From: Prorocentrum cordatum
Lineage: Eukaryota
DNA: 64,000 nucleotides
Assembly (NCBI GenBank): GCA_963575745.1
Contig: CAUYUJ010000015.1
Location: 496,001-560,000 of the forward strand
Direction: 5' to 3'
Part shown: positions 49,321-62,982 of the stretch, piece by piece
How the letters are laid out: each line of letters begins with the position of its first letter
Position numbering within the stretch: the first letter of the stretch is position 1
Made by a program: the position numbers and the translations under genes
The notes under the pieces: model-generated
Told to the model about the DNA's origin: nothing
Databases searched by the model: none
What the model saw: the letters and a program-made list of their open reading frames with translations, nothing else

Positions 49321-52300
49321 TGTGTGTGTGTGCGTGTGTGCGTGTGCGTGCGTGTGCGTGCGCGTGCGCGTGTGCGCGTGCGCGTGCGCGTGCGCGTGCG
49401 CGCGCGCGTGCGCGTACGCGTGCGCGTGCGTGCGTGCGCGCGGGTGCGCGCGTGCGCGCGTGCGTGTGTGGTGTGTGTGTGCGTGTGTGGTGTGTGTGTG
49501 CGTGTGTGCGTGTGTGCCTGTGAGCGCGTGTGCGTGTGTGCGTGTGTGCGTGTGTGCGCGTGTGCGTGTGTGCGTGTGTGCGTGTGTGCGTGTGTGCGTG
49601 TGTGTGCGTCTGCGTTGTGCGTGCGTGCGTGCGCGTGTGCGTGTGGCGTGTGTGCGTTTGTGCGTGTGTGCGTGTGTGCGTGTGTGTGTGCGTGTGTGCG
49701 TGTGTGCGTGTGCGTGTGTGCGTGTGTGCGTGTGTGTGTGCGTGTGCGTGTGTGCGTGCTTGTGTGCGTGTGTGCGTGTGTGCATGTGTGCGCGTGTGCG
49801 GTGTGTGCGTGGGTGCGTGGGTGCGTGGGTGCGCGTGTGCGTGTGTGCGCGTGTGCGTGCGTGTGCGCGTGTGCGTGTGTCTGCGCGTGTGCGTGTGTGT
49901 GCGTGTGTGTGTGAGTGTGTTGTGTGTGGTGTGTGGTGTGTTGTGTGTTGTGTGTTGTGTGTTGTGTGGTGTGTGTTGTGTGTGTTGTGTGTGTTGCGTG
50001 TTGTGTGTGTTGTGTGTGTTGTGTGTGTGGTCTGTGTGTTGCGTGTGGTTTGTGTGTGTTGTGTGTGTGCGTGTGTGCGTGTGTGCGTGTGTGTGTGTGT
50101 GCGTGCGTGTGTGCGTGTGTGAGTGTGTGCGTGTGTGCGTGCGTGCGTGCGTGCGTGCGTGCATGCGCGTGTGGGTGTGTGTGTCTACATGTGCGTGCGT
50201 GCGCGTGTGCGTGCGTGTGTGTGCGTGTGTGTGCGTGTGTGTGTGCGTGTGTGTGTGTGCGTGTGCGTTTGTGTGCGTGTGTGTGCGTGTGCGTGCGGGC
50301 GTGTGCGTGTGTGCGCGTGCGCGTGTGCGTGCGTGCGCGTACGTGCGTGTGCGTGCGCGTGCGTGCTTGTGCGTGTGTGTGCGTGTGCGTTTGTGCGTGT
50401 GTGCGAGTGTGGGCGTGTGTGCGTGTGCGTGTGTGCGTGTGTGCGCGTGTGCTTGTGCGTGTGTGCGCGTGAGTGCGCGTGCGCGTGCGTGCGGGTGCGT
50501 GTGGGTGCGTGCGAGCGCGTGCGGGTGCGTGCGGGCGCGTGCGGGTGTGTGCGTGTGTGCGCGTGTGTGTGTGTGCGTGTGTGTGTGCGTGCGTGCGCGT
50601 GTGTGTGCGTGTGTGTGCGTGTGTGCGCGTGTGCGTGCGTATGCGTGCGTGTGTGTGTGTGCGTGTTAGCGTGTGCGTGTGCGCGTGCGTGCGTGCATTC
50701 GTTTGTGCGTGCGTGCGTGCGCGTGCGTGCGTGTGCGGGTGCGTGCGTGCGTGTGCGCGCGCGTGCGTGTGCGCGTGCGCGTCGTGTGCGCGTGCGTGTG
50801 CGCGCGCGTGTGCGTGTGCGTGCGCGTGCGGGCGTGTGTGCGTGTGTGTGTGCGTGTGTACGTCTGCGCGTGCGTGAGTGTGCGTGTGTGTGCGTGTGTT
50901 TGCGTGCGCGTATGCGTGCACGTGCGTGTGCGTGCGTGTGCGTGTGTGTGCGTGTGCGTGTGCGTGTGTGCGTGCGTGCGTGTGTGCGTGTATGTGTGCG
51001 TGGTCGTTTGCGTGTGCGCGTGCGCGTGCGTATGCGTGCGTGTGCGCGTGCGTGTGCGTGTGCGGGTGCGTGTGTGCGTGTTTGCGTGTGCGTGTGTGTG
51101 TGTGGGCGTGTGTGTGTGGCCGTGGGTGTGCATGTGTGCGTGTGTGTGCGTGTGTGTGCGCGTGTGTGTGCGCCTGTGCGCGCTGTGCGTGCGTTGTGCG
51201 CGTGCGTGTGCGTGCGTGTGTGCGTGTGCGTGTGCGTGTGCGCGTGCGTGTGCGTGTGCGTGTGCGTGTGCGCGTGCTTGCGTGTGCGCGTGCGTGTGCG
51301 CGTGCGTGTGCGCGTGCGTGTTTGTGTGTGTGTTGCGTGTGCGTGTGCGTGCGTGCGTGGGCTTGCGCGTGCGCGTGCGCGTGCGCGCGTGCGCGTGCGC
51401 GCGTGCGTGCGCGTGCGCGTGTGCGCGTGCGCATGCGCGCACGCGTGTGCACGCGCGCGCGTGTGCACGTGCGCGCGCGTGCGCGTCCGCGCGCGCGCGC
51501 CTGTGCGCGCGTCTGCGCGTGTGCGCGCGTGTGCGTGTGCGTGTGTGCGCGTGCGTGCGTGTGTGCGTGTGCGCGTGTGCGCGTGTGCGCGCGTGCGCGC
51601 GTGCGCGTGGGCGCGTGTGCGCGCGTGCGCGAGTGCGCGTGCGCGCGCGTGGGCGTGCGTGTGTGCGCGTGTGCGCGTGTGCGCGTGCTCGCGTGTGCTC
51701 GCGCGCGCGTGTGCGCGCGTGCGCGTGTGCGCGTGCGCGTGTGAAAGCGTGCGCGCGTGCGCGTGTGCGCGCGCGTGCGCGTGGGCGCGCGGGCGCGCGG
51801 GCGCGCGTGCGCGCGTGCTCGTGTGCGCGTGTGCGCGTGTGCGCATGTCCCGTGTGCGCGGGCGCGCGTGTGCGCGTGTGCGCGTGGGCGCGTGTGCGCA
51901 TTTGCGCTTGTGCGCGTATGCGCATGTGCGTGTGTGCGCCTGTGCGCGCGTGCGCGTGCGCGTGTGCGCGTGTGCGCGTGTGTGCGTGTGCGCGTGTGCG
52001 TGTGTGTGTGTGCGCGTGTGCGCGTGTGCGCGACTGCGCATGTGTGCGTGTGCGCGTGTGCGCGCGTGCGCGTGTGTGCGTGCGTGCGTGTGCGCGCGTG
52101 TGCGCGTGTGCGCGTGTGCGCGCGCGTGTGTGTGTGTGTGCGTGCGTGTGTGCGTGCGTGCGTGTGTGTGTGTGTGTGCGGGTGTGCGTGTGTGCGTGTG
52201 TGCGTGTGTGGTGTGTGTGTGTGTGTGCGTGTGCGTTTGTGCGTGTGTGTGTGCGTGCATGTGTGCGTGTGTCGGTATGTGGGTGTGTGCGTGTGTGCGT

Positions 52301-53106
52301 GTGTGCGTGTGTGCGTGTGTGCGTGTGTGCGTGTGTGCGTGTGTGCGTGTGTGCGTGTGTGCGTGCGTGTGTGCGCGTGTGTGTGTGTGTTCGTGTGTTG
52401 TGTCTGTGTGTTTTTTTGTGTTGTGTGTGTTGTGTGTTTGAATGTTGTGTGGGGTGTGTTGTGAGTTGTGTGGTGTGTGGTGTGTGTGCGTTGTGTGCGG
52501 TGTGTGTGGTGTGTGTGTGTGTTGTGTGTTGTGTGTTGTGTGGTGTGTGGTGTGTGTGTGGTGGGTGCGTGGGTGCGTGCGCGCGCGAACGCGCGTGTGC
52601 GTGTGTGCGTGCGTGCGTGCGTGCGTGTGCTGCGTGCGCTGCGTGCGTGCGAATGCGTGTACGTGTGCGCGCGTGTTGCGTGCGTGCGTGTGCGTGTGCG
52701 TGTGCGTGTGCGTGTGTGCGTGTGTGCGTGTGCGTGTGCGTGTGTGGGTGTGTAGGTATGTGGATGTGTGGGTGTGTGCGGGTGTGCGGGTGTGCGGGTG
52801 TGCGGGTGTGGGTGTGTGGGTGTGTGTGGGTGTGTGTGGGTGTGTGTGTGTGTGGGTGTGTGTGGGTGGGTGTGTGTGTGTGTGGGTGTGTGTGTGGGTG
52901 TGTGTGTGTGGGTGTGTGTGCGTGCGTGCGTGCGCGCGTGCGTGCGTGCGCGGGCGCGTGCGTGCGTGCGTGTGCTGCGTGCGCTGCGTACGTGTGCTGC
53001 GTGCGTGCGTGCTGCGTGTGTGTGTGTGTGCGTGTGTGTTCGTGCGTGCGTGCTTGCGTGTGTTTGCGTGTGTGTGCGTGAGTGTGTGGGTGTGTGTGTG
53101 TGTGTG
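48636..53106. repeat. 4.5 kb compound alternating purine-pyrimidine (TG/CG) microsatellite
   Basis: Direct inspection; the long H/T/R and V/C ORFs are artefacts. Confidence 0.97.
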
Positions 53107-56100
53107 ATCGGTCCCTTCCCGATTTTCGGTCCCCGGCGAGATCCATCCCTGATCTTTGATCCTGGACGACGATGACGACGGTGACGAAGACAAAGACAAA
53201 GACAAAGCCGACGACGACCAATCGGTAGGACCCTGCTGTGGGCGTGGGGCTGGCGGATGCCGCCGCGGCCGCTGCGAAGGCCGCGCGCCGTCTCCAGGGC
53301 TCCTCTCAGGGACGGCCCACCAACGACGGCAACGACGACGGCGACGGCCACGACGACCACGACGCCCTGGAGGAGGCCGAGGTGGAGGGAGGAGCAGGCG
53401 GAGGAGGCCTGAGGCTTTGGAATGCTTTTGTCCCTTCGGGGGCTTCGGGACACCGCAGGAGACCGCTGGAGAGTTCTAGGGAGGAGAAGGAGGAGGAGAA
53501 GGAGGAGGAGGAGGAGGAGGAGGAGGAGGAGAGAGGAGGAGGAGAGGAGGAGGAGGAGGAGGAGGAGGAGGAGAAGCGTTTTGCCGTTCGTCGGGCCCCC
53601 TTTGGGACGTCTCGCCGCCACGGCCAGGTCCGCCTCGAGATCCTGGCCCCGAGCGCGCTCCGAGAGGGGCGCGGGGGTCGATGTCCGGGGCGGGAGGCGA
53701 CCACGACGACGGCAGCGGCCGCGACAACGACAGCGCGACGACGGCAACGAGGAGGGGCCTCGCAGGCTCGGAGGGGGGCGGAGAGGGGAGGGGCGAGGCG
53801 ACAGAGGGGCAGGAGAGCGAAGAGGAGGGGTAGGAGGGAGGAGGGAGGCGAGAGAAGCAAGAGGAATCATAGGAGGAGGAGGAGGAGGAGGAGGAGGAGT
53901 AAGACGGCCAAAAAGGAGACACTGAAAGAGGGACCCCGCCCCTGGCGGTGCCTCTGGCGCCGACTTCGGCGCGGTGGGGAGGGTGGCCAATCGCCGACAC
54001 ACTGAATCCGTGCGGACCTGCGAAAGTTCATGTGTACGTTGCTGTTTGATTCTCCAGGAGTGAGTGAGTGACTGAGTGAGTGAGGCGATGCACGCGCCTT
54101 CGCGCCTTCACCCTCAACGTCCCCAGCAGAACGCATGGGAAAAAACACGTTGACGTCCCACGACCAAGTTTGATCACTGTACGTCGTTGACCATTCCACG
54201 GAATACTCGTTGCGTGAGGTAGCCCATGCACTCCAACGCCGATTTCACCGACACCAGTGTGGCGTGAGAGCCCGACGCGGCAGCCACCGTTCAGCCCGCC
54301 TGCGAGCTCTTGCAAAAATCACCACGACCGAGAAGCACATGAGCGGCCGCCCTGCTGCCGGGCCCCAGGACAAATTCCAGGAGGCCTGCAGGGGCCAAGA
54401 GAGGGCCCGCACATCGGCGTCACCCCAGCATACTTCAACTGTATGTGCGTCGCGCCCCCAGGGGCGACGCGCGCACCGAGAAATCTTACAGTGCACGCGT
54501 CGTGGCGGGCGCTTTCTGGCCACACCGCTCGGGAAACGATACACTACAAGATGGGTATACTGTATGTTCGGGTCGGACGCGCGCCTCCAAGGAGGACATT
54601 TAATATTAGCATGTCTCTGTGCGTCCCACGAACACGCCCAGAACGAAGGAGGCTCCCCAAGGGACGAGGCCCGAGCACGCTGCACGGAGCGCAGGAGGAG
54701 GAGCCTCAGAGAGGGCCACGGCCCCGTCGGCAGAGGCCAACCCGGGCGCCGCCTCGGGGCTCGTGCGGGCCGCCGCGGCCTGCGCCCGATCCACGGCCCG
54801 GGCGCGCAGCAAGAGCCGCGGCCGCGGCCCGGCGTGAGCGCGCCCGCGGCGCGGGGCTCCGATCGGCCCCCGCCGCCGTCGGCGGCGTCATCGTCGGCGT
54901 TGCCATCGTAGTCGTCATCATCGACGACTTTTGTCGTCTTCGTCGTCATCATTGTCGTGGTCTTCATCGTCGTCGCCGTCAGCGACGACGGGCAAAGGGC
55001 AAAGGGCAAAGGGCCAAGCCCACAGATCCTGGGCCGTGGGCAAGCCATGGCCTCGGGCCCAAGGAACCCCCACGGATCGGCCCGCCTCGAACAGCCATTC
55101 ATGTAAAAGATGCGACCGCTAGTCTTCGGAGGCGGAAATGAGGGGGGTGATGACTAGGGGGGGGTGGATATCATGGCGGGGGCCATGATATTTCCCCAGA
55201 TTTCATGGCGCCTCTTCTTATTTCATTCTGTCCCTGGCCCCCCCGCTGGGCCGCGCACACGCCGACGGTCATGATTTACACCCCCCCCTCTTGGCCGCTC
55301 CCGGAGCCTGGCTCGCCCAGACGGGCGCGAGGATCACCGCACCTCCCGCGTCGCGGCCTGGGCTGGGAGCAGTTCGACGCCCGAGGGCACGAAGATCACC
55401 GCGCCTCGCGCTCCGCGTGGCGCCCAGCGCTCGTATGGGCCCCACCGGGCTGCACCTTAGCTGCCTTGATGCGTCCGTTTTGCTCTTGGCATCGCTCGGA
55501 CGTGTGCATTTTTCCTTCGGCGAGGACCATCGAGGAGCATCCGTGATCATTTCGCGAAAAAACCACGCACGAAACTGAAAAAAACACAGGAAATGGACGT
55601 CCGAGCGATGGCCAGTGCTATGCAACACGTACCGTGCTCGAAGCGTCCGTGTCAATACATTGCGTGTTGGCTCAGCGTATTGGATCACGTTTTGGCGAAC
55701 GTATCGCGTCAGGCCTCCGATTTCCGTCTACGTGTTGAGCTCCGTATCAATACGCTACGTGTTGCGTGTTGGGGGGTGCGAAGGACTGCATGTTTCAAGC
55801 CTCAACGTCTTGAGCCAATCTACCGAGCATGAAGCCTGGCAGGGCTTCAACGAGAGCCAGAGTGAAAAAACGCAGATCATTTTGGAATTCCGTCGTCGCG
55901 AAATAGACAATTAAACCAGAGAAAAACCCCAATCAGTGGATGGTTTTCGCTGAGGAGATCGACCGTGAACCCGGGAGCCCAGGAACCCAGAACCCACCGA
56001 AATCGGCCCGGAACCAATAACCGGGAACCCGGGAACCCGGAACCGGAAATTTGGGAACCCAGCTTGCTAGCAAAATCGGCGGGAAATTTTCGCCAAATCT

Positions 56101-56846
56101 TTCAACTTCCGCTAGGACCCCTTCAGTGCAAGCATTGAGAAGGGAATGTCGAGAAAGATCACGACCCGAGCCCCGACCCCATCTTTCTGCGGCGTTTCAG
56201 GAACCCGAAGTCGGGACAAATACGCCCGTCGTCGGTGCTCCACGACGCCCCCAGATCCGAAGCCGGAGGGCTTTGGGGGTCTCTGAAGGCCTCGAGGAGG
56301 CCTTTGGAAGGCTCCGGAGGTCTCCGGAGGGGAGGAGGATGAAGGAGTAGAGAGGAGGAGCAGGGAAGCAAAGAGGAGGAGGGGGAGGAGGAGGAGGACA
56401 GAGGACAGAGGACAGAGGACAGATGACAGAGGATTCAGAGGATTCAGAGGAGGAGGACGAGAGGAGGAGGAGGACGAGAGGAGGAGGAGGACGAGAGGAG
56501 GAGGAGGAGGAGGGAAGAAGAGAAGGAGGAAAGAGCAGGAGGAGGAGGAAAGCAGAAGCGGAAGTCGGAGGAGGAGGAGGACAGGGGAGGAGGACAGAGG
56601 AGGATGCGGAGGAAAGCGGAGTAGGATGAGGATCTCAGGGATCAGCAGCATGAGAGGTCTTCAGTTCCGGGGTGGTTACGTTCGCGCCGGGCCTGGGGGA
56701 GGGCACGAGCTCGGGCCTGCGGGGGCGCGTGCAGGGGGCGGCCCCTCCGGCTTACGAGGCTCCGAATTCGGCCTGGGCACGCTGCCGCGCGCTACGGCCG
56801 CCTCCGCGTGGGACCGAAGTTTTGGGGCGAGTCGGGCCCTTTTTTC

Positions 56847-57032
56847 AGTATCGTTCAACCAACCCTCATCCCCATCCCCATCCCCTTCGAGACACCCACC
56901 AACTTACCCCCCCAGTTGGGGATACACCCCTCGAAACCCGAACGGAACGACCTACATTCCCATCTAGGGGGGTAAATCAGCCAGTGGGGCCCAGGCCACG
57001 GCGTTGGGGATGGGGATCGGTCAAACGATACT
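56847..57032. mobile_element. Possible ~186 bp MITE-like element
   Basis: Imperfect inverted ends AGTATCGTT(C/T)(A/G)ACC..ATCCCCATCCCCA, flanked on both sides by a ~37 bp direct repeat. Confidence 0.5.
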
Positions 57033-58705
57033 CATGGGACCGAAGTTTTGGGGCGATTCGGGCCCTTTTTCTGGCTTCCGGGCCTCTATGGACCTTTGGG
57101 GGCCTCTGGGGTCCGCCGTGGACCTGAGGCCCTGCTTCGGGCCCGGGGCCACAGTGAGCAGCTCACGACGCGAAAATCATAGAGAGACAGTAGGTTAACC
57201 GCCTCCAGGGACCTGCCGGAGCGGAGATCGTTGCAGATTGAACGAGTCGCGCGGTCTCGGAACCCAGGGCCCGCGCCGTCTAGGCAGGAACGAGCTGCTA
57301 CTTCTGTGAGAACGGGGGCTTCCTTCCAGAGCTGGGTTCTTCTTAGCAGGAGTTGGAAAGTGCGTTCATTACGTCATGAGCGGCAGGCTTTCTATTTAAT
57401 TCGTGCTTTCTCGCTCCGTCCTTTGTGGAGGATATCACTTGTCTCGCAAAGGCGCGCATACTTTACTGAAGGAACAAAAGACATTTAGAATGCGCGACAT
57501 TCCTTCCGTGACTTGGGCGGTGACGGAACACACGGGGAATAGCCTTGTGTGTTTGTGCATGACGTCTGGTTTTCGGGCTTCTTTTCTTTGCAACCACGCG
57601 CGTTGTGTCGCCTCGCTTGCACACGTTTGCGCTGTACTGCGGTATCTAGGCGACTAGCACCGACCGACATTGATGTCCCAGCGTCTCCCGCTTTCTGCGC
57701 GGAATGGAAAACATGCCTTGTCTAGTCATGCATTGTGCCTCCTTGTCCCCTTGTCTAGGTCTCTCTCTCTCTCTCTCAGTTTTCTCTCTATTTATTTTGG
57801 ATTATATTTCTCTCTCTCTCTCTCTCTCTCTCACACACTATATTGTGCTTCTCCGTTGCGATTACCCGGGCGGCACAAGAATTCTTCAAATCTGCCCGCC
57901 CCCCCCTTTTCCATGCCTCTGCTCACATGGCTCAGCTTGCTGACCTCAGGCCCGGAATCGTTGACCCAGCTTGGCGCCCATCCAGAATTGCACCCTGATT
58001 TCTACCCTACACGCGCCATCATCGCCGGCTTCATCATCATGGTCTGTACCACCGCCATGATGATTTTCACGGTTTCGGCCCGCCCAGGCTGGTCTTTCAG
58101 AGCCCCACCTTTTGAGCGAACTTCCGCGTTCGTTCGCGGCCCTCTGCGCGCTCTCGTGGCGTCTCGCTGCCGACCAGCGCCGTCGCGCCAGGAGGCACCT
58201 CCAGCCGTGGCTACCAGTCAGCGCCAGGGCGGAGGTGGCCGACGAGCAGGAGGAGGCGGCCGAAGAGGCGGAGGCCTTGCCGCCCCCACGCGTCGGCCCC
58301 CGATCGTTCCGTCATGGCGGGTGGAGGGGCCCAGACGCCCGCGAAAGGTCCCCCATACGCCTTGCCAGATGTTTCTCCGACGTCACCGCCCCCTCTTCCT
58401 CATTCTTCCTTTCATCGTCCGCGCCCTCCTCCCCGAATCCCTCTCCTCCTGCTGCTGCGCTCACGCGATCGGACCGAATCCGCAGTGTTCGAACGAACTA
58501 CACGACTACATACACTGCGGCGGCAGAGAGGGTGGGGCCGTAGTTGGGCAGCGCATTTGCGGGGTACCACCTCCGCCACCAGCACGGTCCCCTCAGACGT
58601 CCCCCTTCCACCATCTTATATTTCAACAGACCACCATCCCTTGTCAACAAGGCCGCAGGCCGCGGACGGCGCACCCTAGCCTCATATCTGGCTACCGCGG
58701 CGAGC

Positions 58706-58777
58706 CTCCCTGAAGGACATGACGTAGCCCTCGAGGTCGGTACGGCAGTGGATCCTGACGTCGAACTCTGCCTGCAC
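58706..58777 (-). CDS. Probable isolated host exon (VQAEFDVRIHCRTDLEGYVMSFRE)
   Basis: 72 nt with strongly G/C-biased third positions, a CAG|G acceptor and a GAG|GC donor typical of dinoflagellate introns. Confidence 0.55.
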
Positions 58778-59369
58778 CTGCGGGGGCCAGGTGCCTCCCT
58801 CGACGGAGCTGGCGACACCCGTGCTCTGCGCCACCGGCAACAGTAAAAGAACGGCACGTGCATGCCGGCGCGCAGTTTGTTCCGACGCGCGGCCCTGCGT
58901 CTGGGAGAGGGCGCCCGCGGCCACCATGGCAAGCGCGCCTCGGGCGCGGGGCGTCTGCCGGTGGGGTTTGCCGCGGCGCGGGCGTCGTCTCCGTGGGCGC
59001 GGGACGCGGGGCCTGCCGTGGGTTTGCCGTGGTGCTGGCGTCGTCCACTGGGGCGCGTCGAGAACGAGCGGTGCGGCGACAGATCTGCATCATCGCGCGG
59101 CTTTTCCCTCGTGTCTTACCACTCAGCATTGGCGATCCCTTGAAAATTGGTTGCCCGGCATGCTGCATAGGTGCCCAGAGCGTCCGACATGGCCATGGTG
59201 GTCCCGACCTTTTCATTATCATACATCCAGCGATCTCATTGATTCCCCAAACAGAGCTTGCCTCTGTAGGGATCATAGCGGATTCATATGGTTAGGTGAG
59301 GTGTGCCACCGATTTCCGCGGCCCGCCCAGGTGCCCGGGTGCTTGATAGCCCCAAAGCCCTATACGCTT

Positions 59370-59925
59370 GTGGCCCTAAAGCCGTACGGCCCTATAGCCC
59401 TATGTATAGCTTTATAGCCCTATAGCCTTACGCCCAATAGCCATATAGCTGTATAGCCCTATAGCCTTGTAGCTTTATAGCCCTATCGCCCTAGAGCCCG
59501 ATAGCTCTATAGCCCTATAGCCTTATAGCCCCATAACCCTGTAGCCTTATAGCCCTATGGCCCAATAGCCCAATAGCCCAATATCCCTATAGCCTTATAG
59601 CCTTATGGCCCTATAGCCCTATAGTTCTACATGCCTATAGCCCTGTAGCCCTATAGCCCCATATCCCTATATCCCTCTAGCCCTATAGCCCTGTGGTCTT
59701 ATAGCCCTGTAGCCCCACAGCCCAATAGCCTATAGCTCAATAGCCTCATAGCCGTACAGCCTTATAGCCCCATAGCCCTATAGCCCTACAGCCCTTTGGC
59801 CCTACAGCCATTTAGCCCTATAGACCTATAGACCTATACCCTGTGGCCCTATAGCCCTATAGTTCCATAGCCCAATAGCCCCATCGCCCTATAGCCCAAT
59901 ATCCCCATAGCCCTATAGCCCTAAA
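59370..59925. repeat. (CCCTATAG)n 8 bp minisatellite
   Basis: Direct inspection. Confidence 0.95.
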
Positions 59926-60049
59926 AAGACTTTGACTGGGGCTTTTTTCCGTATCATTCCCCAAACAGCTTGCTGAACGGGGTGCTGTTGTGATAGAAGC
60001 TAACTCCGGCCGAGGGAAGTCGGAGCAGAGACATCCTCACAAAAATTTT

Positions 60050-62240
60050 ATGGTCCGGGCCGTTTCGCTTGAGACATCCTCACAACTCTCGTTTCTGAGT
60101 TGGCCAGGATTGGCCGTTTCGCCTGAGACATCCTCGAAAAGTTGCGCTCCGGGACGCCACGCGAGAGGTGGTCCGGGCCGTTTCGCTCGAGACATCCTCG
60201 AATCTCTGAGCCCCGAGGTGCCGTGCGAGAGGTGGTCCGGGCCGTTTCGCATGAGACATCCTCGAAACTCTGAGCTCTGAGATGCCTTACGCAAGGTGGT
60301 CCGGCCCGTTTCGCCTGAGACATCCTCGAAACTCTAACCTCGGAGATGCCGTGCGAGAGGTGGTCCGGCCCGTTTCGCATGAGACATCCTCGAACTTCTG
60401 AGCTCTGAGATGCCTTGCGCGAGGTGGTCCGGCCCGTCTCGCCTGAGACATCCTCGCCACTCTGAGCTCTGAGATGCCGTGCGCAAGGTGGTCCGGCCTG
60501 TTTCGCACAAGACATTTTCACAATTCTGAGCTCTCAGATGCCGCGCAAAAGGTGGTCCAGCCTGAGGGCCCAGGAGACCACATGTTACATATCCTCCCTG
60601 GGACCCTGGGAGCCCGCCTGATACATCCTCGAACTTCTGAGCTCTAAGATGCCCTGCGCGAGGTGGTCCGGCCCGTTTCGCACAAGACATTCTCGCAACT
60701 CTGAGCTCTGAGATGCCGTGCGCAAAGTGGTCCGGCCTGTTTCGCACAAGACATTCTCGCAATTCTGAGCTCCCAGATGCCGCGCAAGAGGTGGTCCAGC
60801 CTGGGGGCCCAGACGACCACATGTTACATATCCTCCTTGGGACCCTGGGAGCCCCAGGAGGCCCCAGAGAGCTCCAGGAGGCCGCAGGACGCCCAGGACA
60901 GGCCCCAGGGGTCCGCAGGAGATTCCCAGGAGGCTCCCAGGAGGCCCCAGGAGGCCCCCTATCAGAACGTGTCAAGTTAATACAAATCCGGTGTGGATTC
61001 GTTGATCTTTCCTGCTCTTGTGGCCCCCCCCCTCTATTTTAAGGAGCCCAAGCGGCCACAGATTAGATATCTCCCCTGGGAGCCCCAAGAGGCTTCAGGA
61101 AGCCCCAGGTGGGGTCCAGGAGGCCACAGGAGGCCCAGGAGGAAGCCCCAGGAGGTCCCCAGGAGGCCCCAGGAGGCACCAGGAGGCCCCCGCAACTCGG
61201 AGCTCTGAGACGCCGCGCTCGAGGTGGCCCGGCCCGTTTCGCCTGAGACTTCCTCGCAGCACGTTTCGCCCGAGACACTGGCCCGTCTCGCCTGAGACAT
61301 CATCGCAACTCTGAGCCCTGAGATGCCGTGCGCAAGGTGGTCCGGCCCGTTTCGCACAAGATATTCTCGCAACTCTGCGCTCCCAGAAGCCGCGCAAGAG
61401 GTGGTCCAGCCTGGGGGCCCAGACGACCACATGTTACATATCCCCCCTGGGACCCTGGGAGCCCCAGGAGGCCCCAGAGAGCTTCAGGAAGCCGCAGGAC
61501 GCCCAGGGCAGGCCCCAGGGGTCCGCAGGAGATTCCCAGGAGGCTCCCAGGAGGCCCCAGGAGGCCCCCTATCAGAACGTGTCAAGTTAATACAAATCCG
61601 GTGTGGATTCGTTGATCTTTCCTGCTCTTGTGGCCCCCCCCATTTTGGAAGCCCCGACGGCCACATGTTAGATATCCCCCTGGGAGCCCCAAGAGGCTTC
61701 AGGAAGCCCCAGGTGGGGTCCAGGAGGCCACAGGAGGCCCAGGAGGAAGCCCCAGGAGGTCACCAGGAGGCCCCAGGAGGCCCCAGGAGGCCCACGCAAC
61801 TCGGAGCTCTGAGACGCCGCGCTCGAGGTGGTCCGGCCCGTTTCGCCTGAGACTTCCTCGCAGCACGTTTCGCCCGAGACATCCTCGCGACTCTGGGCTC
61901 CGAGATGCCCTGCGCGAGGTGGTCCGGCCCATCTCGCCTGAGACATCTTCGCCACTCTGAGCTCTGAGATGCCGTGCGCAAGGTGGTCTGGCCCGTTTCG
62001 CACAAGACATTCTCGCAACTCTGAGCTCTCAGATGCTGCGCAAGAGGTGGTCCAGCCTGGGGGCCCAGAAGACCACATCTTACATATCCTCCCTGGGACC
62101 CTGGGAGCCCCAGGAGGCCCCAGGGAGCTTCAGGAAGCCGCAGGACGCCCAGGACAGGCCCCAGGGGTCCGCAGGAGATTCCCAGGAGGCTCCCAGTAGG
62201 CCCCAGGAGGCCCCCTATCAGAACGTGTCAACTTAATACA
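60050..62240 (+). repeat. Composite satellite: 64 bp units plus (GGCCCCAGGA)n blocks in a ~600-650 bp higher-order repeat
   Basis: GAGGTGGTCCGGCCCGTTTCGC recurs with a 64 bp period; CCCCCTATCAGAACGTGTCAA recurs at ~60955, 61565 and 62212. Confidence 0.9.
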
Positions 62241-62361
62241 CATCTGGTGTCGGTTCGCTGATTTTTCCCAACCCTCCTTGTGTTGGATACTCGTTTTGAA
62301 TAGAGCACTGTGGTATCCACCTCCCGCCCTCTCCTCCTTCTTCTCTCCTGTGTTCGCGGTG

Positions 62362-62982
62362 CCCTGCGGGGCTGCGATCTGCGCAACTGTCGCCACTTTC
62401 GTGGGCTCCTGGGAGGCCCAGCGGAGGTACGTCCTACGCAGATCACTTTGAGGCCTCCCTGTCCCCTGCGGCGCTGCGATCTGCGCAACTGTCGCCACTT
62501 TCGTGGGTTCCTGGGAGGCCCAGCGGAGGTACGTCCTACGCAGATCACTTTGAAGCCTCCCTGTCCCCTGCGGGGCTGCGACCTGCGCAATTGTCACCAC
62601 TTTCGTGGGTTCCTGGGAGGCCCAGCGGAGGTACGTCCTACGCAGATCACTTTGAGGCCTCCCTGTCCCCCTGCGGGGCTGCGATCTGCGCAAGTGTCGC
62701 CACTTTCGTGGGTTCCTGGGAGGCCCAGCGGAGGTACGTCCTACGCAGATCACTTCGAGGCCTCCCTGTCCCCTGGCGGGGCTGCGATCTGCGCAAGTGT
62801 CGCCACTTTCGTGGGTTCCTGGGAGGCCCAGCGGAGGTACGTCCTACGCAGATCACATTGAGGGCTCCCTGTCCCCTTGCGGGGCTGCGACCTGCGCAAC
62901 TGTCGCCACGTTCGTGGGTTCCTGGGAGGCCCAGCGGAGGTACGTCTTACGCAGACCACTTTGAGGACTCCTTGTCCCCTTG
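62362..62982 (+). repeat. Six tandem copies of a 102-103 bp unit (resumes near 63950)
   Basis: GCTGCGA(T/C)CTGCGCAA at 62371, 62473, 62575, 62678, 62781 and 62884. Confidence 0.93.

Noticed and set aside
54000..54700. Possible decayed gene or transposase
   Set aside because: No convincing motif in the frames examined
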